From assembly GCA_964344575.1 (NCBI GenBank), contig CAYFOA010000020.1, positions 691 through 64,690 on the forward strand: a DNA stretch of 64,000 nt. The letters are read 5' to 3'. This document shows positions 1-9,466 of the stretch, piece after piece. Each line of letters begins with the position of its first letter. Position 1 is the stretch's first letter. The translations under genes were made by a program, and so were the position numbers. Origin of the DNA: an uncultured Rickettsiales bacterium. GTDB taxonomy: Bacteria; Myxococcota_A; UBA796; UBA9615. The notes beneath the pieces were generated by a model, which worked only from the letters and a program-made list of their open reading frames with translations, did no database searches and was not told the DNA's origin.

Positions 1-795
1 GAGACGCGCCTCATCGAGTTCGACTTCCTCGACCCCGACCCCCTCCCCGACCTCACCGGCACCGTCGTCTCCTCCGACCAGCCCGTCGCCGTCTTCTGCG
101 GCACCGACCTCTCCCTCTTCAGCGACGGCTGGGCCGTGGCCAACGGCGAAGACGACGGCCCCTGCTGCGCCGAGCACATCGAGGAGCAGGTCCTCCCCAC
201 CCGGGCGATGCGGAACACCTTCGTCGTCAGCCGCTCCGCCCAGCGCTCCACCACCACCCCCGAGAACGACATCTACCGCGTCATGGCGGGCGGGGTCGCG
301 GCCAACGTCACCACCTCGCTGGGCGGCGGCGACGGCTCCTTCAGCCTCGCCCCCGGCGAATACCGCGAGTTCATGTCGCAGGCCGGGTTCACGGTCGAGT
401 CCGACGCCCCCGTCCACGTCGCCCAGTACCTCGTCGCCGGCGGGGACGTGCCGTCGGGCTCCATCGGCGACAGCTCGATGCTCGTCGTCCCCCCCGTCGA
501 GCAGCGCCTCGACGACTACACCTTCACCACCGGCGAGGGCTTCGCGACGAACCACGTCGTCGTCTCGATGGTCGACGGCACCAGCGCCGAGCTCGACGGG
601 ACCGCGCTCAGCGCCGCCGGCTGCGACGGCCCCGCCACCGACGGCACGCTCTTCGGGGACACCTACGTCGCCTACACCTGCGACATCGCCGACGGCGTCC
701 ACACCGTCACCGCCGACGCGCCCGTCGCCATCTACGTCTACGGCTACTACTCCGCCGGCTCCTACGCCTACCCCGGAGGCGCCGGCCTGGAGTAG
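1..795 (+). CDS. IgGFc-binding-domain-like secreted protein, C-terminal part (runs in from the window edge)
   Basis: Frame +1 is open from base 1 to TAG at 793-795. Contains SDQPVAVF, VLVVPPVEQ...YTF and the terminal YGY..AGSYAYPGG motif typical of this family. Confidence 0.75.
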   Translation, partial: ETRLIEFDFLDPDPLPDLTGTVVSSDQPVAVFCGTDLSLFSDGWAVANGEDDGPCCAEHIEEQVLPTRAMRNTFVVSRSAQRSTTTPENDIYRVMAGGVAANVTTSLGGGDGSFSLAPGEYREFMSQAGFTVESDAPVHVAQYLVAGGDVPSGSIGDSSMLVVPPVEQRLDDYTFTTGEGFATNHVVVSMVDGTSAELDGTALSAAGCDGPATDGTLFGDTYVAYTCDIADGVHTVTADAPVAIYVYGYYSAGSYAYPGGAGLE

Positions 796-814
796 GTCCG
801 GGTGGAGTAACTCC

Positions 815-841
815 GGAACCCCGCGCATTCTCGGTGAGTAG
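815..841 (+). promoter_or_regulatory. Possible ECF-type promoter upstream of the ECF sigma gene
   Basis: GGAAC at 815-819, then AGTA at 837-840 (17-nt spacer), in the 80-bp gap before ATG 876. Motif resemblance only. Confidence 0.25.
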
Positions 842-875
842 TCCTCTGTGAACGCCCGATTCGCAGGGGACTCCG

Positions 876-1457
876 ATGCACCAAGCCGAGGCCAGGCCGT
901 TGCCGCCGACCGATGAACGCGCGCTGCTCCGACGACACCGGGACGGCGACCCCGATGCCTTCCGCGAGCTGATCGCCCTGCACGGGGGCGCCGTCTACGG
1001 GCTGCTGGGGCGCTACGGGCTGACCCCCGAGGAGCGCGACGACGTCTTCCAGGAGGTCTTCGTCCGCGTCCACCGCGCGTCGGCGACGTACCGGGAAGAC
1101 AAGCCGCTCAAGCCGTGGCTGTTCACCATCGCCGTCAACACGGCCCGCACCTGGATCGCGCGACGCCGCGGCCGCGAGCTCGCCGACGCCGACGGCTCCC
1201 GGTCGGCCCGCATGGTCGACCCCGCCCCCGACGGCGCCGCCGTCGCGGAGGCCCGGCAGGCCGTCGACCGGCTCGCCGCGGCCCTCGACGCCCTCCCTCC
1301 CGACCAGCGCGACGCCGTGCTGCTCTGCGGCGTCCACCAGCTGGCCTACGAGGACGCCGCGAAGCTCCTCGAGATCCCCCTCAACACCCTCAAGTCGCGC
1401 CTCCGCCGCGGCCGCCTCGCCCTCGCCCACGCCCTGAAGGAGGAGGCCTCCCGATGA
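876..1457 (+). CDS. ECF RNA polymerase sigma factor
   Basis: Region 2 (DVFQEVFVRV, KPWLFTIAVN) and region 4 (LAYEDAAKLLEIPLNTLKSRLRRGR); no region 3. Confidence 0.93.
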   Translation: MHQAEARPLPPTDERALLRRHRDGDPDAFRELIALHGGAVYGLLGRYGLTPEERDDVFQEVFVRVHRASATYREDKPLKPWLFTIAVNTARTWIARRRGRELADADGSRSARMVDPAPDGAAVAEARQAVDRLAAALDALPPDQRDAVLLCGVHQLAYEDAAKLLEIPLNTLKSRLRRGRLALAHALKEEASR

Positions 1458-3502
1458 CCGACGAACGCACCCTGATGGACGAGCTCCGCGAGGTCGACGC
1501 CCTCCTCCCCGGGCTCGCGGCCGAGGAGCCGCCGCCGGAGCTGGTGGAGGCCGTGCTGGAGCGCGTCGCCGCCACCCCCCTGCCGGCCGACGAGCTGGCC
1601 GGCGACCCGCCGCCCCGCCGGTGGCCCCGCCCCCCCCGGTGGCTCGCCGTGGCCGCGTCGCTCGTGGTCCTCGTCGCGGGGTCGACCTGGGTGATGATGC
1701 AGTTCGGCCACATGGACCGGCGCACCCCGCCCGCGTCGAAGGGCCTCTTCAACCTCTACGACACGGCCGACGCCGAGATCGACCACGTCGACTCCACCCT
1801 CGGCGGAGACGAGCCCGCCGTCGCCGCCGACGAGTGGCGCGCCCCCGATCCGTCGGAGGACCCGCTCGCCGGACTCGGCCTCGACACGGGCACGCTGGTC
1901 CAGGACCTCGACGGGCTCGGCGGCCTCGGCTACGTCAGCCTCGAGCCGGCCGTCCATCCGCCCCCGTCGGAGCCCCAGGCGCGCTACCGGATCCCCACGT
2001 CCCCCGCGCCGTCCGGGACGCCGGAGCCCACCCCCTCCCCCGGCTCGGAGTCCTACGCCCACGCCCCGGAGGAGCCCTTCCGGAAGGTCGCGGACCGGCC
2101 CCTGTCCACGTTCTCGATCGACGTCGACACCGCGTCGTACGCCAACGTCCGCCGCTACCTGAACCGCGGCGCCCTGCCGCCCGTCAACGCCGTCCGCGTC
2201 GAGGAGCTGATCAACTACTTCGACTACCAGTACGACGCCCCGTCGCTCGACGCCGACGTCCCCTTCAGCGTCACCACCGAGGTCGGCCCCGCCCCCTGGG
2301 CGCCGGACCACAAGCTCGTCCACGTCGGCCTCCAGGCCGCCGACCTGCCGGCCGACGCCGTCCCCCCGCGAAACCTCGTCTTCCTCGTCGACGTCAGCGG
2401 CTCGATGAACAGCTCCGACAAGCTCCCCCTGCTCGTCCGCGGCCTGTCGATGCTCGTCCCCCAGCTCGACGCCGACGACCGCGTCGCGATCGTGACCTAC
2501 GCGGGGAGCGCCGGCGTCGCGCTGCCGCCGACGTCGGGCGCCGAGGACAGCACGATCCTCGGCGCGCTGGACCGCCTCACCGCCGGCGGCTCGACCCACG
2601 GCAGCCAGGGCATCGTCACCGCCTACGAGCTCGCCCGCCGCTCCTTCCTCGACGAAGGCGTCAACCGCGTCCTCCTCGCGACGGACGGCGACTTCAACGT
2701 CGGCACCACGTCCGACGACGCCCTCGTCGAGCTGATCGAGCGCGAGCGCGAGTCCGGCGTCTTCCTCACCGTCCTCGGCTTCGGCACGGGCAACCTCAAG
2801 GACTCCAAGATGGAGGCCCTCGCCGACCACGGGAACGGCAACTACGCCTACATCGACTCCGCTGCGGAGGCCCACAAGGTGCTCGTCCGCGAGGCCGGCA
2901 GCACCCTCGTGACGGTCGCCAAGGACGTCAAGATCCAGGTCGAGTTCAACCCCGCGACGGTCGCCGCCTACCGCCTCATCGGCTACGACAACCGCCGCCT
3001 CGCGGACCGCGACTTCACCGACGACACCAAGGACGCGGGCGAGGTCGGGGCCGGCCACAGCGTCACCGCCCTGTACGAGATCGTCCCCGCCGGGGGCGCG
3101 GTCCCCGGCGACATCGAGCTCCGCTACCAGCGCGACAAGGAGCCCACCGCGGTCAGCACCGGCAGCGACGAGTGGATGTTCGTCAAGGTCCGCTACAAGA
3201 AGCCCGACGGACGCCGCAGCACCGAGCACGCGTGGCCCGTCACCGGCGAGACCGCGGCGCTCCGCGCCACCTCCGACGACTACCGGTTCAGCGCCGCGAT
3301 CGCGGGCTGGGGGCTCCTCCTGAAGGGCTCCCCCTACGTCGGCGACTGGACGATGGCCGACGCGTCCGACCTCGCCGGCAGCGCCCTCCGCCACGACCCC
3401 GCGGGGGACCGGCAGCAGGCGATGGAGCTGATGGACGTCGCGAGCCGGCTCGCCGGCTCCGGGCGGCCCGCGGCGGGGGCCGGCGGCTACCGCCCGCGCT
3501 GA
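1454..3502 (+). CDS. Membrane-anchored von Willebrand factor A protein (YfbK/DUF3520-like) with anti-sigma-like N-terminus
   Basis: ATGA overlap with the sigma stop. N-terminal EPPPELVEAVLERV, then TM WLAVAASLVVLV; STFSIDVDTASY, MIDAS DVSGSM, TDGDFNVG, YIDS..EA. Confidence 0.88.
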   Translation: MTDERTLMDELREVDALLPGLAAEEPPPELVEAVLERVAATPLPADELAGDPPPRRWPRPPRWLAVAASLVVLVAGSTWVMMQFGHMDRRTPPASKGLFNLYDTADAEIDHVDSTLGGDEPAVAADEWRAPDPSEDPLAGLGLDTGTLVQDLDGLGGLGYVSLEPAVHPPPSEPQARYRIPTSPAPSGTPEPTPSPGSESYAHAPEEPFRKVADRPLSTFSIDVDTASYANVRRYLNRGALPPVNAVRVEELINYFDYQYDAPSLDADVPFSVTTEVGPAPWAPDHKLVHVGLQAADLPADAVPPRNLVFLVDVSGSMNSSDKLPLLVRGLSMLVPQLDADDRVAIVTYAGSAGVALPPTSGAEDSTILGALDRLTAGGSTHGSQGIVTAYELARRSFLDEGVNRVLLATDGDFNVGTTSDDALVELIERERESGVFLTVLGFGTGNLKDSKMEALADHGNGNYAYIDSAAEAHKVLVREAGSTLVTVAKDVKIQVEFNPATVAAYRLIGYDNRRLADRDFTDDTKDAGEVGAGHSVTALYEIVPAGGAVPGDIELRYQRDKEPTAVSTGSDEWMFVKVRYKKPDGRRSTEHAWPVTGETAALRATSDDYRFSAAIAGWGLLLKGSPYVGDWTMADASDLAGSALRHDPAGDRQQAMELMDVASRLAGSGRPAAGAGGYRPR

Positions 3503-3611
3503 CCTGAAGGGTAATCCTCCGTTCCAGGCACCGTCACAAACGGGCCACGCAGACCCCTCCGATCGCCGCTGATACGCAATCGGCCGATCCAGACACCTAC
3601 TTCTGCTTCTT

Positions 3612-5534
3612 CTACTTCTCGCAGGTGTGGTGGTTCTGGGGGCGGGTGCGGTAGTCCTCGGAGTTGATGTCCGGGCAGTTGGCCTTGATCGCCTGCTTCA
3701 GCGCCGTCACCTGGTCGTGCTCCAGGGCCATCGACTCGAAGACGATGGGGAAGCTGTCGCCGGACGTCACCTGGGCCATCAGGTCGTCGTACTGCGAGCC
3801 CGTGCCGGTCTGCCAGATCGCCTCGAAGTTCGCCACGAAGTCGGCCACCAGCGCGGGGTACGCGGCGCCGTCGTAGAGGACGATGTTCTCCATCGTGTCG
3901 TGCTCGGCGTTGTTGCTGAAGTTGTAGCTGCCGGACAGCACCCGCTCGCCGTCCACGATGACGTACTTGTGGTGCATCTGCACCGCGTAGCTGTAGTGCC
4001 ACCGGTAGGAGTAGTACTTGTAGCGGAGGTCGACCCCGGCGTCGGCGAGCTGCCAGCCGAAGTGCAGCCCCTTGTCCTCGCAGTTGTTCATCTGGGTCGA
4101 CGTGCTCGCGTCGGCGACGCACTCCTCGTAGTCCTCGACCTCGTCCTCGAAGTAGCCGTCGCTGACGTACTCCTGGCCGTCCAGGTAGACCTTCACCTCG
4201 AGCGACGGGTCGGCCGCGATCGCCGCCTGCAGGCCGTCCGTGATCTGGCGGCTCCGCATGTGGCCGCTGGCGATCCAGATCGACTGCTCCGCGCTCAGGA
4301 AGAAGTCGACGACCTCGTCCCGGATCTCGCCGCTGCCCGACGTCGTCCGGAACGTCGGCCCGTGCCCGCTCGTGTACGTCGTCATGTTCGCGGACGTGAA
4401 CCACGACGGGCTCCCCTGCGCCGCCTCGACGTCGGCATCGGTCACCGGCTCGCGCTCGATCGGCTCGATGTCCTCGTTCCACTCGATCAGCCGGCCGTGC
4501 TCCCAGAGGTGGTCGAACTCCTGCTGGAACGCCAGGTTCAGCTTGTCGTCGCCGACCACGAACGCCGTGTTCTCGTCGTACCGCGTGCCCGCGCTGTAGC
4601 TCCAGTTCGCGCTCCCCGTGATCAGCGTCTCGCCGTCGATGAGCGCGTACTTGTGGTGCTGGATCTTGTTGACCCACCGCACCTCGATGCCGAGGTCCTC
4701 CAGCTGCCCGCTCCGGGTCCCCTCGGGGTCGTGCCGGTCCTCGCTGCCGGACTGGAGGATGGCCCGGATGCCGACCCCCCGCTCCACCGCGCGCCCCAGC
4801 GCGTCCTGGATGTTGGAGTCGCGGAAGCTGTACATCGCCACGTCGATGGACGTCGTCGCCGCGTCGACGAGCTCCGCCGTCTTCTGGAGGTGGCTCTGCG
4901 CGTACGGCTGGGGGCTGAAGATGACCTCCGCCGTCGCCCCCTCGGGGGGCTCGATGTCGCCGCCGTCCTCGCTGCCGCTGCACTCCACGGCCAGCTCGAA
5001 GGCGCCCGCGTCGCCGTCGATCCCGTCGACCACCACGAAGTACGTCTTGCCCGCCTCGACCTCGAAGCTGACGTCGTTGAAGCCGCGCTCCACCGCGTTC
5101 GCCGACTGGCACGTCCCGTCGCCCTGCTCCAGCACGAACAGGTCGTGGTTCAGCTCGCCCGGGCTCGGGTCGACGAACCGGATCGTCGCCGTCTCGGTCA
5201 CCGTCGGCCTGAACGCGTAGGCCAGCTCGGGGGCCTCGTAGTTGCCCACCGCCACGGGGTAGCCGTCGATCGCGTCGGTCGTCCCGCCGTTCCAGTCGGA
5301 CGTGTCCCCGGACCGCGTCTGGCCGCACATCAGGAAGTCCACCGGGGCGCAGTCGCCGGCCATGTTGGTCAGGTCGATCGGCGATCCGCCGTCGTCGCCG
5401 TCGGGGAAGTCGGTGTCGCCCCCCGGGTCGCCGCCGCCGGGGGTGCCGGCGTCGTTCGGGCACTCCTCGTTGGCGAGGAGCAGGGGGAGGAGGAGCGCAA
5501 AGGCGAGGACGGAGGGGCGGAGGAGAGCGGTCAT
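3612..5534 (-). CDS. Secreted phospholipase D-superfamily enzyme (two HKD motifs) with N-terminal beta-sandwich domain
   Basis: HHKYALIDG...TGSANWS and HHKYVIVDG...SGSYNFS. Signal-like start MTALLRPSVLAFALLLPLLL (ATG 5534 preferred over ORF-track 5615). Confidence 0.85.
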   Translation of the reverse strand: MTALLRPSVLAFALLLPLLLANEECPNDAGTPGGGDPGGDTDFPDGDDGGSPIDLTNMAGDCAPVDFLMCGQTRSGDTSDWNGGTTDAIDGYPVAVGNYEAPELAYAFRPTVTETATIRFVDPSPGELNHDLFVLEQGDGTCQSANAVERGFNDVSFEVEAGKTYFVVVDGIDGDAGAFELAVECSGSEDGGDIEPPEGATAEVIFSPQPYAQSHLQKTAELVDAATTSIDVAMYSFRDSNIQDALGRAVERGVGIRAILQSGSEDRHDPEGTRSGQLEDLGIEVRWVNKIQHHKYALIDGETLITGSANWSYSAGTRYDENTAFVVGDDKLNLAFQQEFDHLWEHGRLIEWNEDIEPIEREPVTDADVEAAQGSPSWFTSANMTTYTSGHGPTFRTTSGSGEIRDEVVDFFLSAEQSIWIASGHMRSRQITDGLQAAIAADPSLEVKVYLDGQEYVSDGYFEDEVEDYEECVADASTSTQMNNCEDKGLHFGWQLADAGVDLRYKYYSYRWHYSYAVQMHHKYVIVDGERVLSGSYNFSNNAEHDTMENIVLYDGAAYPALVADFVANFEAIWQTGTGSQYDDLMAQVTSGDSFPIVFESMALEHDQVTALKQAIKANCPDINSEDYRTRPQNHHTCEK

Positions 5535-5671
5535 GGCGAGGACCTCGGGGGGTGGAGACGCGTACGGGAGCGTTCTGACAGGCCCGGGTCGAGCCGCCGC
5601 TGCGCGCGCGTGCACAGTTGCGTGCGCGGCTGTGGAGGAGGTGTGGAGGTGTCCCCGAGTAGGATCGCCGC

Positions 5672-8600
5672 ATGCGCCCCGCCCGCCTCCTCGCCCTCGC
5701 CCTCGGACTCCTCCTCCCCGCCTCCGCGTCCGCCGACTTCGCGACCTGGGGGAGCGAGGCCGGGTTCCTCGCCGGGACCCTCACCGACGCCACCGTGGAC
5801 CCCGCCGGCGTCGTCACGATCCCCGTGGGAGGCGACTGGTTCGACCCCGCCTGGTCCCACCGCGCCGCCGTCACCGTCACCGACGGCTCGGGCACCGCGC
5901 TGACCGACTACTCCGTCCAGGTCACCGTCGACACCGCCGCCCTGATCGCCGCCGGCCAGCTCGAGGCCGACGGACGCGACCTCCGCTTCGTCGACGTCGC
6001 CACGGGCGCGCTCCTCGGCCACTGGGTCGAGTCCGGGATGGACACCGCGTCGACCCTGATCTGGGTCCTCGTCCCCTCGATCCCCGCCGGCGGCTCGACC
6101 GACCTGTGGATGTACCACGGCAACCCCGCCGCGACCGACGTCAGCGACCGGACCGCGGCGATGCTCGCCTTCGACGACTTCGACGACGGCACCATCGACG
6201 GCCTGTCGTCGCAGGGGCTCGACGGCAACCCCGACGAGACCTGGTCCGTCAGCAGCGGCGAGGCCTACAACACCAACGACGTCTACTCCCGCGCGTCCCT
6301 GCTCGTGGACGACGTCGAGCTCGCCGACGACTTCCGCATCGAGACGTCGGCCTACACCAACGACAACGACGGCCTCGGCGTCGTCACCCACGTCGACGCG
6401 ACCGGGGACGAGTACTACTTCGCCCAGACCTGGGGCGGCTCGACGTCCCGCAGCGGCATCGGCGAGGACGCCACCGAGGGGGACGCCGTGGTGAGCGCCG
6501 GCCTCTCGGTCTGCTGCGGCGACGTCCACACCTACGGCCTCATCGTCACCGGCGGCGAGCTGCGGATGCTCTTCGACGGCTCCGAGGTGGCGACGTACGT
6601 CGATCCCACCCCCAAGCCGGCCGGCCGCGTGGGGATCCTCTCCGCCCTCAACAACCCCGCCGGCTACTTCGACTACGTCCAGCTCCGGCGCTACGTCGAG
6701 CCCGAGCCGACCGCCGTGGTGAGCGGCTCCCAGCCCGGCGCCGGCGCGTCGGGGACGTGGGAGTCCGAGGTGTTCGACGGCGGCTGCCCGACCGTCGCGT
6801 GGTCCGAGCTGACGTGGACCGAGACCCTCCCCACGGGCGCCGACGTCGTCCTCGAGCTCCGCACCGGCGCGACCGCCGTCGTCGACGGCACGTGGTCGGC
6901 GTGGACGGGCCCCTACTCCGACTCCGCCGGGTCCGCCGTCTCTGCGCCCGGCGACCGCTACGCCCAGGTCCGGGCCACGCTGTCAGCGGCCCTCGGCGGG
7001 GACAGCCCCGAGCTGACCGACGTGAGCCTCGAGTACACCGCGGCCGCCGACGCGGACGGCGACGGGTTCGACTCCGTGGACTGCGGGGGGACCGACTGCG
7101 ACGACGACGACGACACCGTCTACCCCGGCGCCGAGGAGGTCTGCGCCGACGCGATCGACAGCGACTGCGACGGCAGCCTCGTCGACGAGTTCCCCGACAC
7201 CGACGGCGACGGCACCCCCGACTGCCTCGACCCCGACGACGACGACGACGGCTACCCCGACGCGGTCGACTGCGCCCCCCTCGACCCGACGATCCACCCC
7301 CTCGCGGCGGAGTCCTGCGACGCGATCGACAGCGACTGCGACGGCGACCTCGTCGACGGCTTCCCCGACTTCGACGGCGACGGCGACCCCGACTGCAACG
7401 ACCCCGACGACGACGACGACGGGATCGGCGACAGCGTCGACTGCGCCCCCTTCGACCCGGCCGTCTACCCGGGCGCCGACGAGGTCTGCGACAGCGTCGA
7501 CAACGACTGCGACGGCGACCTCGGCTGGGACGACTTCGACGGGGACGGCGACCCCGACTGCAGCGACGAGGACGACGACGACGACGGCTACCCCGACGCG
7601 GTCGACTGCGAACCCTTCGACGCGTCGATCCACCCCCTCGCGACCGAGGCCTGCGACTGCACCGACGCGGACGACGACGGCGACGGCCTCGGGGACGGCG
7701 CGGAGGCCGCGGCGGGGACCGACCCGCTGGACCCCGACACCGACGACGACGGCCTGACGGACGCCGAGGAGGTGGAGGCCGGCTCCGACCCCCTGGACGA
7801 CGACACCGACGACGACGGCGTGGGCGACGCGGACGAGGTCGGCGACGACCCGTCGGACCCCGCCGACAGCGACGGCGACGGCCTGTACGACTTCGAGGAC
7901 GCCGACGACGACGACGACGGCATCCCGACCGCGGACGAGGGAGACCAGGACACCGACGGCGACGGCGTCCCCAACCACCTCGACGACGACAGCGACGGCG
8001 ACGGCTTCTCCGACGCGGAGGAGGGCGGGGGCGACGCGGACGGCGACGGCGTCATCAACTCGCAGGACACCGACGCCGACGGCCAGGACGGCACCGACGA
8101 CGAGGACGGCGACGGGGACGCGGACGCGGACGGGATCCCCGACTACCTCGACGTGGACGACACCGACGGCCCCACCGCCGACGCCGACGGCGACGGCCTC
8201 ACCAACGCCGAGGAGCTCGAGCTGGGGACCGATCCCCAGGACGACGACACCGACGACGACGGCCTGAGCGACAGCGAGGAGGCGGGCGACGACGGCACGG
8301 GCACCGACCCCCTCGACGACGACACCGACGACGACGGCCTGACGGACGGCGAGGAGGCCGGCGACGGGGGCACCGGGACCGACCCCCTGGACGCCGACTC
8401 GGACAACGACGGGCTCGCGGACGGCGACGAGACCGACGTCCACGGCACCGACCCGCTGGACGACGACACGGACGACGACGGCTACGGCGACGGGGACGAG
8501 ATCGACGCGGGCACCGACCCCCTCGACCCGGACGATCCGGACGCGGCGGCCGACGACGACGACACCGGCGCGATCGGCGACGACGACGACGACGCAGACG

Positions 8601-8779
8601 ACGACGACTCGGCGGAACCCGGCCCGGACTGCGGCTGCGCGAGCTCGCTCGCGGACGGCGGCGGCGGCGCCCCGGCCGCAGCCCTCCTCCTGCTCCTCCT
8701 CCTCGGCGTCCGCGCGAGGACGCCAGAACGAGGAACGCCCCTCGATGGGGGCACCGAGGGGCGTTCTTCGTGTCCTTGA
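5672..8779 (+). CDS. Large surface protein: DUF2341-like domain, lectin-like domain, Cys/Asp metal-binding repeats, TSP3-like Asp repeats, MYXO-CTERM-like tail
   Basis: Signal peptide; GRDLRFVD...[19 protein letters not shown] (DUF2341-like); [24 protein letters not shown] repeats; [15 protein letters not shown] repeats; GCGCASS...[15 protein letters not shown]. Confidence 0.85.
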   Translation: MRPARLLALALGLLLPASASADFATWGSEAGFLAGTLTDATVDPAGVVTIPVGGDWFDPAWSHRAAVTVTDGSGTALTDYSVQVTVDTAALIAAGQLEADGRDLRFVDVATGALLGHWVESGMDTASTLIWVLVPSIPAGGSTDLWMYHGNPAATDVSDRTAAMLAFDDFDDGTIDGLSSQGLDGNPDETWSVSSGEAYNTNDVYSRASLLVDDVELADDFRIETSAYTNDNDGLGVVTHVDATGDEYYFAQTWGGSTSRSGIGEDATEGDAVVSAGLSVCCGDVHTYGLIVTGGELRMLFDGSEVATYVDPTPKPAGRVGILSALNNPAGYFDYVQLRRYVEPEPTAVVSGSQPGAGASGTWESEVFDGGCPTVAWSELTWTETLPTGADVVLELRTGATAVVDGTWSAWTGPYSDSAGSAVSAPGDRYAQVRATLSAALGGDSPELTDVSLEYTAAADADGDGFDSVDCGGTDCDDDDDTVYPGAEEVCADAIDSDCDGSLVDEFPDTDGDGTPDCLDPDDDDDGYPDAVDCAPLDPTIHPLAAESCDAIDSDCDGDLVDGFPDFDGDGDPDCNDPDDDDDGIGDSVDCAPFDPAVYPGADEVCDSVDNDCDGDLGWDDFDGDGDPDCSDEDDDDDGYPDAVDCEPFDASIHPLATEACDCTDADDDGDGLGDGAEAAAGTDPLDPDTDDDGLTDAEEVEAGSDPLDDDTDDDGVGDADEVGDDPSDPADSDGDGLYDFEDADDDDDGIPTADEGDQDTDGDGVPNHLDDDSDGDGFSDAEEGGGDADGDGVINSQDTDADGQDGTDDEDGDGDADADGIPDYLDVDDTDGPTADADGDGLTNAEELELGTDPQDDDTDDDGLSDSEEAGDDGTGTDPLDDDTDDDGLTDGEEAGDGGTGTDPLDADSDNDGLADGDETDVHGTDPLDDDTDDDGYGDGDEIDAGTDPLDPDDPDAAADDDDTGAIGDDDDDADDDDSAEPGPDCGCASSLADGGGGAPAAALLLLLLLGVRARTPERGTPLDGGTEGRSSCP
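7148..7640 (+). repeat. Coding tandem repeat, 171-nt (57-aa) period, about 3 copies
   Basis: gacgcgatcgacagcgactgcgacggc at 7148 and 7319; variant gacagcgtcgacaacgactgcgacggc at 7490. Confidence 0.85.
8728..8771 (+). terminator. Hairpin (17-bp stem with one G-T pair, 10-nt loop), probable intrinsic terminator
   Basis: acgaggaacgcccctcg (8728-8744) pairs with cgaggggcgttcttcgt (8755-8771). It lies within the last codons of the 5672-8779 ORF and has only a weak U-tract. Confidence 0.6.
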
Positions 8780-8835
8780 GCACTGGCGACTGAGGAGGAG
8801 GGGGATCCACCAGCCGCTCAAGGCGGTGCGCTCGG

Positions 8836-8952
8836 CTCCCTACGGCGGTGAGGGGGGAGGAGGGTTGCCGTCTCGTCAAACGAGAGCGGGGGCCTCGCGC
8901 GGTACGGGTGCTGTCTCCTCCGGCGTGAGGGGGGAGGGGGGTGCCGGCGTCT
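8836..8952. repeat. Imperfect about 38-bp G-rich direct repeat (2 copies, partial third at 8791)
   Basis: ctccctacggcggtgaggggggaggagggttgccgtct (8836-8873) vs ctcctccggcgtgaggggggaggggggtgccggcgtct (8915-8952); tgaggaggagggg at 8791. Confidence 0.5.
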
Positions 8953-9072
8953 TGCGACGACGGAGAAGCGCCCGGATGCTTGTCAAAGAGACGCCCGATC
9001 CGTGTGCAGGCTCCGTGCCAGATCCGAACGGACGTTCGCGTCCAGCGTTTGTCGATCGACGGGTCCGCAGGA

Positions 9073-9128
9073 TTTCAATCTGAATATCTCAATTTGAAAC
9101 CTTTGTCATTCCATTTCGAAACGTTTCA
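9073..9128 (+). promoter_or_regulatory. AT-rich control region: SigW-like ECF promoter overlapped by tandem near-palindromes
   Basis: TGAAACCTTT (9095-9104) with CGAA at 9117-9120 (16 nt after TGAAAC). Tandem TTTCAATCTGAAT (9073) and TCTCAATTTGAAA (9087). Palindromes TTTCGAAA (9114-9121) and GAAACGTTTC (9118-9127). Confidence 0.5.
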
Positions 9129-9190
9129 TATTGCAACGCTCGATCCGGGCCCCGGGAAGGGCTATTGTGGTCGGTACGCAGGAGGCCGCT

Positions 9191-9433
9191 GTGAAGGAGC
9201 TCGTGGAGCAGATGGTGAAGGCCTTGGTGGATCGGCCCGAAGAGGTCGTGGTGACCGAGGTGGAGGGGACGCACAGCAGCGTCATCGAGTTGAAGGTCGC
9301 CAAGGAGGACATCGGCAAGGTGATCGGCAAGAAGGGCGCCCACGCGCAGGCCTTGCGGACGATCATCACGGCCGCCGGCGGCAAGAGGAAGAAACGGTAC
9401 GTCCTCGAAATCCTCGAAGATCGTCATTACTAG
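9191..9433 (+). CDS. khpA: Single KH-domain RNA-binding protein (KhpA/YlqC family)
   Basis: GGAGG at 9181-9185 then GTG 9191. MKELVEQMVKALVDRPEEV...LKVAKEDIGKVIGKKG with intact GxxG loop; 80 aa. Confidence 0.9.
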   Translation: MKELVEQMVKALVDRPEEVVVTEVEGTHSSVIELKVAKEDIGKVIGKKGAHAQALRTIITAAGGKRKKRYVLEILEDRHY

Positions 9434-9466
9434 GAAGAGCGCGCGGGGGACGGGGGTTGTGCTCGC

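Noticed and set aside
3503-3611. Small RNA or terminator in the lower-GC gap between convergent vWA and PLD genes
   Set aside because: No stable inverted repeat or recognisable motif found.
7080-8620. Periodic repeats suggestive of a CRISPR or DNA repeat array
   Set aside because: In-frame coding repeats with synonymous variation; no fixed repeat plus unique spacer pattern and no cas genes.
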